A stretch of DNA of 64,000 nt from a virus. The stretch lies in IMG/VR virus record IMGVR_UViG_3300010354_000057, positions 1-64,000 of that record; one strand, 5' to 3'. The position numbers were made by a program, and so were the translations under genes. The first letter of the stretch is position 1; each line of letters begins with the position of its first letter. This document shows, piece after piece, positions 18,078-26,943 of the stretch. The notes beneath the pieces are model-generated. The model worked only from the letters and a program-made list of their open reading frames with translations. It made no database searches and was not told where the DNA came from.

Positions 18078-18869
18078 ATGGTCGCTCCAAAGACAGTAGC
18101 ACAATTAAAAACAAACATCTTACGACCAGCACTAACTTCTCATTACTCTGTAAAATTTGATGTTCCTAGGGCAGCGAGTAGTTTTATAACTGAAAATTCT
18201 GGTGTATCTTTAGATGTCGATTTTTTTGAAGTTTCTTGTTGTGAAGCATCTTTGCCTGGATCATCTCTTGCAACTTTAGATATAATGAATGATTATACTG
18301 GCATTAATGAAAAACATGCTTATAGAAGACTGTATGATGATAGAGCAGATTTTACTTTTTATGTAAATTATAATTATGTTCCCATAAGATTTTTTGAATC
18401 GTGGATGAAATATATTATAGGTGAAAGATTTTCCGATGGAGTTGATAAGAGAACATTTACTTCCAGACCAACTTGGCCAGATAATTATTGTACCGACCAA
18501 ATACAAATAATTAAATATGAAAGAGACTATGGTGCTCAATTGAGATATACTTTTATGAAAGCATTTCCTGTTAGTATAAATTCTATACCAGTTTCTTACG
18601 AAGCTTCTAACCTACTAAAAGTTACAGTATCATTTGTTTATAGTAGATATTATGTAAATCGTTTTAGTGATGTTCCAGAGCAAAGTACCATAGAACAACC
18701 AGCACCAGTAACTACACAACCATTAACTGCAAATACACCATTCACCACTCAGAATATATTGACTAACGAGTATTATAATAATTTTGGGCAAAACTCTCAG
18801 AACGCTACTAATTTTGCTGACTTTACAAATGGAACAGTTGGCGGTCCATTTGGTCAAGCAATAGGTTAA
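18078..18869 (+). CDS. Tail tube-like protein (gp19/gp54 fold)
   Basis: C..ASLPG.S, Y.R.YD...FTFYV, FFE.W...I, Y.F..AFP.SI, KVTV.F.Y. Confidence 0.78.
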   Translation: MVAPKTVAQLKTNILRPALTSHYSVKFDVPRAASSFITENSGVSLDVDFFEVSCCEASLPGSSLATLDIMNDYTGINEKHAYRRLYDDRADFTFYVNYNYVPIRFFESWMKYIIGERFSDGVDKRTFTSRPTWPDNYCTDQIQIIKYERDYGAQLRYTFMKAFPVSINSIPVSYEASNLLKVTVSFVYSRYYVNRFSDVPEQSTIEQPAPVTTQPLTANTPFTTQNILTNEYYNNFGQNSQNATNFADFTNGTVGGPFGQAIG

Positions 18870-18903
18870 TAAATAAAACGACATCTGAATTGTATAGCAG
18901 ATT

Positions 18904-19623
18904 ATGCCTTTACCAAAAATATCTACTCCAACATATGAACTAGAATTACCATCAACTGGTCAAACAATTGAGTATAGACCTTTTCTTGTAAGAGAAGAAA
19001 AACTGTTAGTTATTGCTTTAGAGACTGAAGATTCTAAACAAATAACTAATGCTATAAAAAATGTAATTAAAAATTGTATTTTAACTAAAAATATAAAAGT
19101 TGAAACTCTTCCAACATTTGATATTGAATATTTGTTTTTAAATATTCGTGGTAAATCCGTTGGGGAAGAAGTTGATGTTAATATTATTTGTCCAGATGAT
19201 GAACAAACTACTGTTCAAGTAAAGATTAATATTGATGATATTAAAGTTCAAAAAAATCCTGATCATAGTAAACAAATTAAAGTTGACGATACTCTTGCTA
19301 TTGAAATGAAGTATCCATCATTGGATCAATTTATTAAGAGTAATTTTGATTTTACTAATGATAATAATATGGAACAGTCTTTTGATTTGGTTGCTTCATG
19401 TGTGGAAAAAATTTATACTGAAGAAGAAATATGGACATCTGCAGATGTTACTAAAAAAGAGATTGTAGATTTTCTTGAGCAAATGAACTCTTCTCAATTT
19501 AAAAATATTGAGAAATTTTTTGAAACTATGCCAAAACTTTCACATGAAATTAAAGTTAAAAATCCAAATACTAAAGTTGAAAGCACTGTAATTTTAGAAG
19601 GGTTATCAAGTTTTTTCGTGTAG
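18904..19623 (+). CDS. gp26: Baseplate hub subunit gp26
   Basis: MPLPKI.TP.YEL.LPSTG..YRPFLV.EEK, FDIEYLFL.IR.KSVGE, FF.TMPKL. Confidence 0.93.
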   Translation: MPLPKISTPTYELELPSTGQTIEYRPFLVREEKLLVIALETEDSKQITNAIKNVIKNCILTKNIKVETLPTFDIEYLFLNIRGKSVGEEVDVNIICPDDEQTTVQVKINIDDIKVQKNPDHSKQIKVDDTLAIEMKYPSLDQFIKSNFDFTNDNNMEQSFDLVASCVEKIYTEEEIWTSADVTKKEIVDFLEQMNSSQFKNIEKFFETMPKLSHEIKVKNPNTKVESTVILEGLSSFFV

Positions 19624-19625
19624 CA

Positions 19626-19808
19626 ATGGTCCATATGGACCTTGAAAACTATTTTAAGTTAAACTTCGCCTTAATGCAGTACCATAAATACTCATTGATG
19701 GAGATTGAAAGTATGTTGCCTTGGGAAAGAGACATTTATGTTGCTCTACTCCAAAATCATTTAGAAGAAGAAAAACTTAAGCAACAACAACAAAATGGCG
19801 TCAAATAA
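19626..19808 (+). CDS. gp51: Baseplate hub assembly catalyst gp51
   Basis: NF.LMQ.HKYSL.EIE.M.PWER.IY..LL. Confidence 0.92.
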   Translation: MVHMDLENYFKLNFALMQYHKYSLMEIESMLPWERDIYVALLQNHLEEEKLKQQQQNGVK

Positions 19809-22254
19809 ACCAAAGTTTATCGATAAATTTTGGCCAGTATCTACGATCGTATCAAGTAGAACTGGGCAATATAAAAGAATACTTGCTCAACGAATGGAGA
19901 GGAACAAGTATTTAATCGAGAATACTTATGGTGTAAAGGCAGATAGAGTTGTAGATACTTTCATTAAAGCATATTTGGCATCGGATAAAGATTATCCTGC
20001 ACCAATTGAAGTTGTTCAAAATCCACAATCACAAAAAGATTTTGATTTATATAATCAATATATTTTGTTTTTGTGGGAATATTATGTAAAAGATAAAAGT
20101 AAAAAACCAAAACCAGGTAGAGAAAAACCACCACCAAATACTCCAGGTTCGGGTACTGATCAAACACCTTCAAACGATCCTACATCATTAACTTTATATG
20201 AAGGTAAAAAAGAACAAGATTTAGTTGATGAAGAGATAGATGAGAGGATATTAAAACTTCTTGGACTTCAAGATGTATTTGACATTGATTATGGCACTTA
20301 TCTTACTCTTTTAAAAGAGAAGATGATGGCTGCTAGAATGACATCTACTAGCATTCCAACAGAGGAAATTGAGTTATTAACTAATGAATATAAGAGAGTA
20401 AAGGGTAAGGTTGGTAGATTTAAAGTAAAATCTAGAAAGTTAAATGCTGACAATATAAGAGCAACTGGACCAATAAGAATTTCAAAAGATCAATTTTTTC
20501 TTGCTGGAAAGGTATCAGTACCTGATGTAAAGGGAACTGACGAAAAACAACCAGCAGAAATTAGTGACTTCAAAAAAGATATACAAATAATTAGATCTAG
20601 TCTTGAAAATATTTCTGCACTTTTGACTGATCAAAATAAAATACTTCAAAAAAATTATGAGACGCAGAGACTTCAAAGAGAAAATAGGAAAAGAAAAGAT
20701 AAAGAAGATAAATTAGAAGGTGTTAAATCTGCGTTAAAAAATGTAGCACAAAAAATAGTTGCACCATTTCAAAGCATCTTAGATAAAATTATTAATTTTA
20801 TTGCTAATGTTTTACTGGGTAGATTTTTTATAAAATTAATGGATTGGTTAGCAAATCCAGAAAACTTTGCTAAAGTAAAAAATATTTTTAGATTTCTTAA
20901 AGACTGGTGGCCTGCTTTACTAGGTGCATATTTGTTATTTGGGAATGGTATTGGTAGATTTGCTGTAAAGATAACTGCATCACTAATAAAGTTTGGATTT
21001 AAATTAACTAAAAAAGTTCTTCCACAATTATTAAAGTTCTTAAAAAGTCCTTTGGGGATAGGACTTGGTTTATTTACTGCTGGTGCTACAATTCCGATGA
21101 TGTTCCCTGAAACTGTAGATGAACAGGAAAGAAAAACTGCAGTTAAACCAGGTGGTAATAAAGAAAAACTTGAACAACTGAAACAACAAAAACAGAATTT
21201 GAATTTGTTTGAAAAAATGCAGGGGAAAGGATCTGAAATTGATGAACAAATTTATTTTCTAGAGACTGGAAAAACTAAGTCTTATGCTAGTGGTGGTTTA
21301 ATAACTAGACAAAAAAATGATGGATTTTATACACAACCAATTAACGTTAAAGATATAGGTTTTGCTGGTGGCGGTGCAATTGATCGTGGTACTGGTGTCC
21401 AAGTAACTGGTGCTGGAAAAGATACTCAATTAATTGCTGCACAACCAGGTGAAGTGGTTATGAATAAACCAACTGTTGATGCTTTAGGAAAGGACTTTTT
21501 CTTAAATTTAAATTCTAGATTTGGTGGTGCTAGAGCAAACATGCCAAGAATGTATAATAATGTTCAATTGGCTGCTGATGGAGGTGTTGTTGGTGCCGAT
21601 AAAAAATCAAATCCATCTTATAGAAAAAATGAATCTCTGCTAAAAAAGCAGAAGGCAAAAGAAACAATGTTACCATTTACTATGAAAAATTCTTTAGTGA
21701 ATTTTAATGGCAATAACACTAGTAAAGGTGGTGGAACTACAATTTTTAATCAAGAATATAATAATAAAACAACTACTCCCAAAAAATTAACTCCAATGCA
21801 GCAGTGGGCTAAAAACTTCCCACAACTAGCGAAGAAAGTAAAACCTGGTCAATCTGGATATGATGAAATTCAGGCAGTTATAAATCCAAAACTTGATGTA
21901 ACGAATGCTTTCTCTCCTTTGTTTATGCCATTATTTAAAAATGTTATACAAAATTCTTTTGGAAGCACTATAAATGGTTTAAACTTTGGAGATCAGCAAA
22001 CTAATATTACTCTTGAAGAGAATAAAAAACATAATTTTATACCAGCAAAACAAAATGTTTATATACCACCATCACCATCAACTAATAGATCACCGAATGT
22101 TATCAGTCTTCCTCCACTAAAGAAGGGGTCTGGTGGTAATAATTCTGGATCTGCTAAAAGTGGTGGTAGAGATATTCCTCCATTCTCTGCCTTCCAAAAT
22201 ACTGCTAGTAGAAAAATTAATATCCAAATTTATGGAATAATAGGAGTAGAGTAA
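19795..22254 (+). CDS. Large tail-associated protein (tape-measure-like)
   Basis: Coiled-coil plus hydrophobic segments, GG..G.G.DT..QPGE.VM motif; position after gp51. Confidence 0.6.
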   Translation: MASNKPKFIDKFWPVSTIVSSRTGQYKRILAQRMERNKYLIENTYGVKADRVVDTFIKAYLASDKDYPAPIEVVQNPQSQKDFDLYNQYILFLWEYYVKDKSKKPKPGREKPPPNTPGSGTDQTPSNDPTSLTLYEGKKEQDLVDEEIDERILKLLGLQDVFDIDYGTYLTLLKEKMMAARMTSTSIPTEEIELLTNEYKRVKGKVGRFKVKSRKLNADNIRATGPIRISKDQFFLAGKVSVPDVKGTDEKQPAEISDFKKDIQIIRSSLENISALLTDQNKILQKNYETQRLQRENRKRKDKEDKLEGVKSALKNVAQKIVAPFQSILDKIINFIANVLLGRFFIKLMDWLANPENFAKVKNIFRFLKDWWPALLGAYLLFGNGIGRFAVKITASLIKFGFKLTKKVLPQLLKFLKSPLGIGLGLFTAGATIPMMFPETVDEQERKTAVKPGGNKEKLEQLKQQKQNLNLFEKMQGKGSEIDEQIYFLETGKTKSYASGGLITRQKNDGFYTQPINVKDIGFAGGGAIDRGTGVQVTGAGKDTQLIAAQPGEVVMNKPTVDALGKDFFLNLNSRFGGARANMPRMYNNVQLAADGGVVGADKKSNPSYRKNESLLKKQKAKETMLPFTMKNSLVNFNGNNTSKGGGTTIFNQEYNNKTTTPKKLTPMQQWAKNFPQLAKKVKPGQSGYDEIQAVINPKLDVTNAFSPLFMPLFKNVIQNSFGSTINGLNFGDQQTNITLEENKKHNFIPAKQNVYIPPSPSTNRSPNVISLPPLKKGSGGNNSGSAKSGGRDIPPFSAFQNTASRKINIQIYGIIGVE

Positions 22255-22255
22255 G

Positions 22256-25200
22256 ATGAACATAAATTCTAAAAAACTTCTACCTCCATCTAAGAATAGT
22301 GATAGTCAGAGAATAAGTGCTGATAAATTTTTAGTACCAGTTAAAAATATACAATATAAAAATATTGTAAAATTATCTGAAAATAAAGAAGATCAAAAAC
22401 AAAAAATTGGTAAAGGTGGATTAAAAGATGATTTACTTTCTATAAAAGAATCTGTTCTTTCTATAGAGAAAGTATTATCTAAAACGATACAATTACAAAA
22501 AGATCAAGCAATAAAAGATAGAATACAAAAAGAAAATCAGAGAAGAACTGAAAAGGAAGAAAAATCTGAGAAGAAAAAAGATTATGGATTTAAGATATTA
22601 AAAAATATACCAAAACCAAAACTTGGCATTATTGATTGGATAAAGAGATTTGTTTTGAACATGTTTTTGGGTTATCTTGCTGTAAGAATAATAGATTATT
22701 TGCCAACTTTAATATCAATAGCAAGTAAAATAACACCAGTAATAAATTTTATTGGTTGGATGGGTAAAAATTTAATAAAAGGTTTGATAGATTTTATTGA
22801 TTGGGGATATAAAGCATATGATGCTACCCGAGGATTTGTAAAACAATTAGGTGGTGCTGGAGCAGAAAAAGTATTTGATGATTTCTCTAAAAATTTAAAT
22901 GAAGTTCTCAATTATACAATAGTTGCTGCTCTTGGTATTGCCGCTCTTGCTAATAAAGTGCAAGACAAACATCCAAATGGTAAAGGAACTAATAGGCAGC
23001 AATCTAGAGATCCTCGTACTAACAAACCAATACCAGTAAACAAAAAAGGAAGATATTCTTTCTATAAGAGTGGTGGTGCTTATCATCAAGAGGTTTTCAA
23101 AAAAACTGATTGGTCTGATGCCCAATATAATGCAAACCAAAATAAAATAATGCGAAGATACGCCGAAAGATATGGGCGTGATGCAGCAGTTGATAAATTT
23201 GGTAAAGAAAGTGTTAAAGATCTTGGTGGAAAATATGGAAGATCTAAACTATCAAACGTTGCAAGAGCGGGTGCTGTTAAATTAGTTGGTAAATCTGGTG
23301 CAAAAACAGTATTAAAATTTGTCAGACCTCTTTTAAAAAGACTTCCATTTATTGGAGCACTTATTGATTTTGGAATTTCAGTTGCTCTTGGTGAACCTTT
23401 GGGTAGGGCAGCATTCTCTGCAATAGGTGCTGCTCTTTTAGGTACAATTGGTACTGGATTTGGTGGTCCTGTTGGTGCAGTTCTTGGTGGACTTGCTGGA
23501 GATTGGGCAGGTGGTAAACTTTATGATATTTTATTTAAAGGTAAAAAAGATCAAGGAAAACAAAAAGTTAAAGGTAAAGCACAAGGCGGTGCGGTTACTC
23601 CTACCAGAGGTGGGACTGCTGTTGGTGGATCTGTTGGTAGGACATTAAAAGTAACAAGGAACACACCAAAACCACCCAAATTACAAGCACCTAAATCTGA
23701 TCCTGGTAAAAATATTGGTGGTGAAAGAGTAATTGATAAGGTATTTCCTAAAGAAAATCCAAATGCAATGGATCAAATTAGTCCTCTTAGATCTTTAAAA
23801 ACCACATCAAGTATGTTGAAAAGTGGGCAATCTACATTGTTAAGTCAAACTATGGCCGTTGGTGTTGATCTTGCTATGGGTCAAAAACCAACTAAAGCAT
23901 TTTATTCTAAGTATGGTAAAGCATTTGGTGCTTTCATACAAGAATTAGTTGATACTAATATGGAAGTGACAACCCAAGATACAGCAAGATCTATTCTTGC
24001 TATGGCTAGTGGTGGTGTTGTTCCTTCTAATTTACCTTCTAGAGGACCAAACTTCGGAGCAAAAGTTGGTGAAATATTATCAAATACATTTTCTAATTTA
24101 GTTGACAAACAATCAGCATCTATTCTTAATGCTTTGAGGGAAGAATCTAATAAGAAACCTATTTCGGGTCCAGATAAAAGTGATCCTACATTAGAAGATG
24201 ATGAAGATGGTGGTGGTGGCGGTATGACCGAAGGTACATGGGGACCTTTGCTAGATCTTATTGCTGGAAAAGAATCTGGTGGTAATTATGAGGCAATGTA
24301 TCCAAGCACCAAACTTCCTGGTGCTACCAAAATGACAATTGCTGAAGTTGCCAGAAGAGCAACAGGTGCTGTTGGTAAGTATCAACAACTTCCACAATAT
24401 CTTGTTAACAGGGCTAGGGCAGCTGGACTGGATCCAAATAAAGATCTCTATAGTCCAGAAAATCAAGAAAAGATTATTATTAATGTTAATATTAAGGGAA
24501 GAGGTGGTCAAAAATGGTTGGATAATAAAATAAGTGATGAAGAATTTATGCAAGGATTGTCACAAGAGTTTGCATCTTTACCAAACGCACAAGGTAAATT
24601 TTATTATCCTGGACAAAGAAGTTCAATGACTGCTGCAAAAGTAAAAGCTGCTCTTGCTAAAGTTAAGAAAGGTGGATATTCTCAAGCAGAACTAGCATCT
24701 GGTAAAGGTGGTGGTACTGATACTGGAAGTTACACGCAACTTTCAAATAACCCAGATGCTAAAAGAGGGTCAAAACTTGCTGGAGAACTTGGTAGATTTT
24801 TGGATAAAAAAGGTTTAGGTAATTGGGGATCTGGTGTGCATCAACACCCAGAACACCCTCCATGGCCAAGAGAAAGTGGTCATAGTCCTGGATCTTTACA
24901 TTATGCATCTAAAGGAGCAAGAGCAATTGATATTGGTGGATATGGAAGAAGTCGTGGTTACTCTGATCAAGAGCAAATTCTTGCAGGGATTGCTCAATTT
25001 AATAAGATGAAGGGTGTAAAACCAGTTCAACTACTTAAGGATGGATATCCTGGTCATGATAATCATGTTCACGTTGCTTATAAGCATGGTGGATTGGTAA
25101 CAAAACCAACACATGCTTTAATTGGTGAAACTGGAAAACCTGAAATGGTATTAGATCCAGATACAACTAAAACAATGAATAAAGAATATCCTGGAATGTT

Positions 25201-25417
25201 AGCAAAATTAAATGCTGCAAAAAATAAAAAACAAATATCTGATGTTTTAAATTCATACGCTTCTTATGAAAATAATGATAATAATGTTACTTTAGTTTTA
25301 GTTCCAATAGAAAAAGTTGTAAATAATACTATAACTAAACAATCTCCACCAGGACCACCAAGATTTGGTAGTACCTTTTCTTCTGATGCATTAAACATCG
25401 AAACTTTACTAGCATGA
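22256..25417 (+). CDS. Tail-associated protein with lysozyme-like and M15-like Zn-peptidase domains
   Basis: LLDLIAGKES.GNY..AVGKYQ..NQEK..LSQEFASLP; H...SLHY..RAIDI..HDNHVHVA. Confidence 0.75.
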   Translation: MNINSKKLLPPSKNSDSQRISADKFLVPVKNIQYKNIVKLSENKEDQKQKIGKGGLKDDLLSIKESVLSIEKVLSKTIQLQKDQAIKDRIQKENQRRTEKEEKSEKKKDYGFKILKNIPKPKLGIIDWIKRFVLNMFLGYLAVRIIDYLPTLISIASKITPVINFIGWMGKNLIKGLIDFIDWGYKAYDATRGFVKQLGGAGAEKVFDDFSKNLNEVLNYTIVAALGIAALANKVQDKHPNGKGTNRQQSRDPRTNKPIPVNKKGRYSFYKSGGAYHQEVFKKTDWSDAQYNANQNKIMRRYAERYGRDAAVDKFGKESVKDLGGKYGRSKLSNVARAGAVKLVGKSGAKTVLKFVRPLLKRLPFIGALIDFGISVALGEPLGRAAFSAIGAALLGTIGTGFGGPVGAVLGGLAGDWAGGKLYDILFKGKKDQGKQKVKGKAQGGAVTPTRGGTAVGGSVGRTLKVTRNTPKPPKLQAPKSDPGKNIGGERVIDKVFPKENPNAMDQISPLRSLKTTSSMLKSGQSTLLSQTMAVGVDLAMGQKPTKAFYSKYGKAFGAFIQELVDTNMEVTTQDTARSILAMASGGVVPSNLPSRGPNFGAKVGEILSNTFSNLVDKQSASILNALREESNKKPISGPDKSDPTLEDDEDGGGGGMTEGTWGPLLDLIAGKESGGNYEAMYPSTKLPGATKMTIAEVARRATGAVGKYQQLPQYLVNRARAAGLDPNKDLYSPENQEKIIINVNIKGRGGQKWLDNKISDEEFMQGLSQEFASLPNAQGKFYYPGQRSSMTAAKVKAALAKVKKGGYSQAELASGKGGGTDTGSYTQLSNNPDAKRGSKLAGELGRFLDKKGLGNWGSGVHQHPEHPPWPRESGHSPGSLHYASKGARAIDIGGYGRSRGYSDQEQILAGIAQFNKMKGVKPVQLLKDGYPGHDNHVHVAYKHGGLVTKPTHALIGETGKPEMVLDPDTTKTMNKEYPGMLAKLNAAKNKKQISDVLNSYASYENNDNNVTLVLVPIEKVVNNTITKQSPPGPPRFGSTFSSDALNIETLLA

Positions 25418-26718
25418 GCACTCCAAATATTGCTGCAAATCCAGCAAACATTTCAATATTTAAAATATACTCTAATATAAATGGTAATTCTTCTGATGTA
25501 AAAGGTGGAGTTGTAAATTTATCTTATTATGAAAGCGTACTTGAAAATACTGTTAGAGTTACCGCTACAATCGTAGATACTGGGAACTCTGGTGAAGGAT
25601 CTAATACATCTAATGTATTACAATTATTACAATTATCTGGTTTTGAAAGAGTTGAACTTGAATTTATTGATAATCAACCAGAAGAAAATAAAATTAGATT
25701 TACTGGGGATAAATCTCTTTACATATCGAAGATAAGAAATATATTTTCCCACACACAGAAGACTGCTTTTACTATAGATCTCGTTACAAAAGAGTTTTTA
25801 ATCAACGAGCAAGAAAGCAGTCTTGTATATAAAAGATACGATGGAGAAATATCTAGTTCGGTCAAGAAAATAGTAAAAGATTATTTAAAAAGCAGTAAAA
25901 CAGTTTTTACTGATACTACTATTAACAAATATAATTTTATTGGTGATGCAAAAAAACCAATGAGATTATGTACTGAAATGGCAAGATTTTGTATACCAGA
26001 TGGTGTCCCTAATGCAAAAGGAAAGGTTGCTGGATATTTATTTTTTGAAACATATGATGGATATAATTTTAAGTCGATTGATAAGTTATTTGATTCTAAA
26101 AGAGGATATAAATCATACATTTATAATATGAATACTGGTCTTCCTTCTGGATACACTGGGAAGATATTGGAATATTATGCTGATAAAACGATAGATGTTC
26201 AAAAAAGAATGGTTGTTGGTGGATATGGAACTAAACTTGAAGGTTTTGATCCTTACACAGACAGATTTGGATATGCATTAGTTGATTCTGAAAAACAACC
26301 ACAATTAGGTGGAAAAACAATGCCAAAATTGGCATCTGGTTTTAGTGGACCATCTAGAAAATCTATAAGAAGATTGGATGTTGGACAATTGCCAGATGGA
26401 TCATCAAGTCAAGAACAATTAAAAGGTGCATTTGTTCAAAATTTAGACGCTGGTAATGTCATTGCACAATCTGCAATGAGATATAATCAATTATTTACTT
26501 TAGTGATGACAATAACTATTGCTGGTGATATTTCAATCAGAGCTGGAGATTTAATATACTGTGATTTCCCTGGAACTACACCAAAGGATAATCCTCAACC
26601 AGATAAGGAAATAAGTGGTATATATATGATATCCGATGTTTGCCATTTTATAGAACCAAAAAGAACATTTACAAAGATGAATCTGGTTCGCGGATCATTT
26701 GGAAGAACACCAAAATAA
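25414..26718 (+). CDS. Baseplate hub protein (gp27-like)
   Basis: YYES.L, YLFFET.DG.NFKSID.L, I.GD..I.AG..I, SG.Y.I..V.H. Confidence 0.75.
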   Translation: MSTPNIAANPANISIFKIYSNINGNSSDVKGGVVNLSYYESVLENTVRVTATIVDTGNSGEGSNTSNVLQLLQLSGFERVELEFIDNQPEENKIRFTGDKSLYISKIRNIFSHTQKTAFTIDLVTKEFLINEQESSLVYKRYDGEISSSVKKIVKDYLKSSKTVFTDTTINKYNFIGDAKKPMRLCTEMARFCIPDGVPNAKGKVAGYLFFETYDGYNFKSIDKLFDSKRGYKSYIYNMNTGLPSGYTGKILEYYADKTIDVQKRMVVGGYGTKLEGFDPYTDRFGYALVDSEKQPQLGGKTMPKLASGFSGPSRKSIRRLDVGQLPDGSSSQEQLKGAFVQNLDAGNVIAQSAMRYNQLFTLVMTITIAGDISIRAGDLIYCDFPGTTPKDNPQPDKEISGIYMISDVCHFIEPKRTFTKMNLVRGSFGRTPK

Positions 26719-26730
26719 AGGTTTAATCCT

Positions 26731-26943
26731 ATGGATAATATTAACAATCACATAGAACACGATAAAAAATTGCTTGATGATCCAACTATTTCTTCACAAG
26801 CAAGAAGACATACACAGGAGGAATTAACCTCTTTAGAAAAATATAAGGAACGTCATCCAGAAGATGACCACGATCCAACTGCTCTAGAACTTTATTGTGA
26901 TGAAAATCCAGAAGCTCTTGAATGTAGGATTTACGAAAACTGA
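26731..26943 (+). CDS. cp12: CP12 Calvin-cycle inhibitor (phage type)
   Basis: HDPT.LELYCDENPEA.ECRIY; only the C-terminal Cys pair. Confidence 0.93.
   Translation: MDNINNHIEHDKKLLDDPTISSQARRHTQEELTSLEKYKERHPEDDHDPTALELYCDENPEALECRIYEN

Noticed and set aside
17593-18132. Mobile TnsA-like or homing endonuclease
   Set aside because: Motifs and synteny match the core head-completion protein gp4; the ORF-track extension to 18132 overlaps the divergent gene
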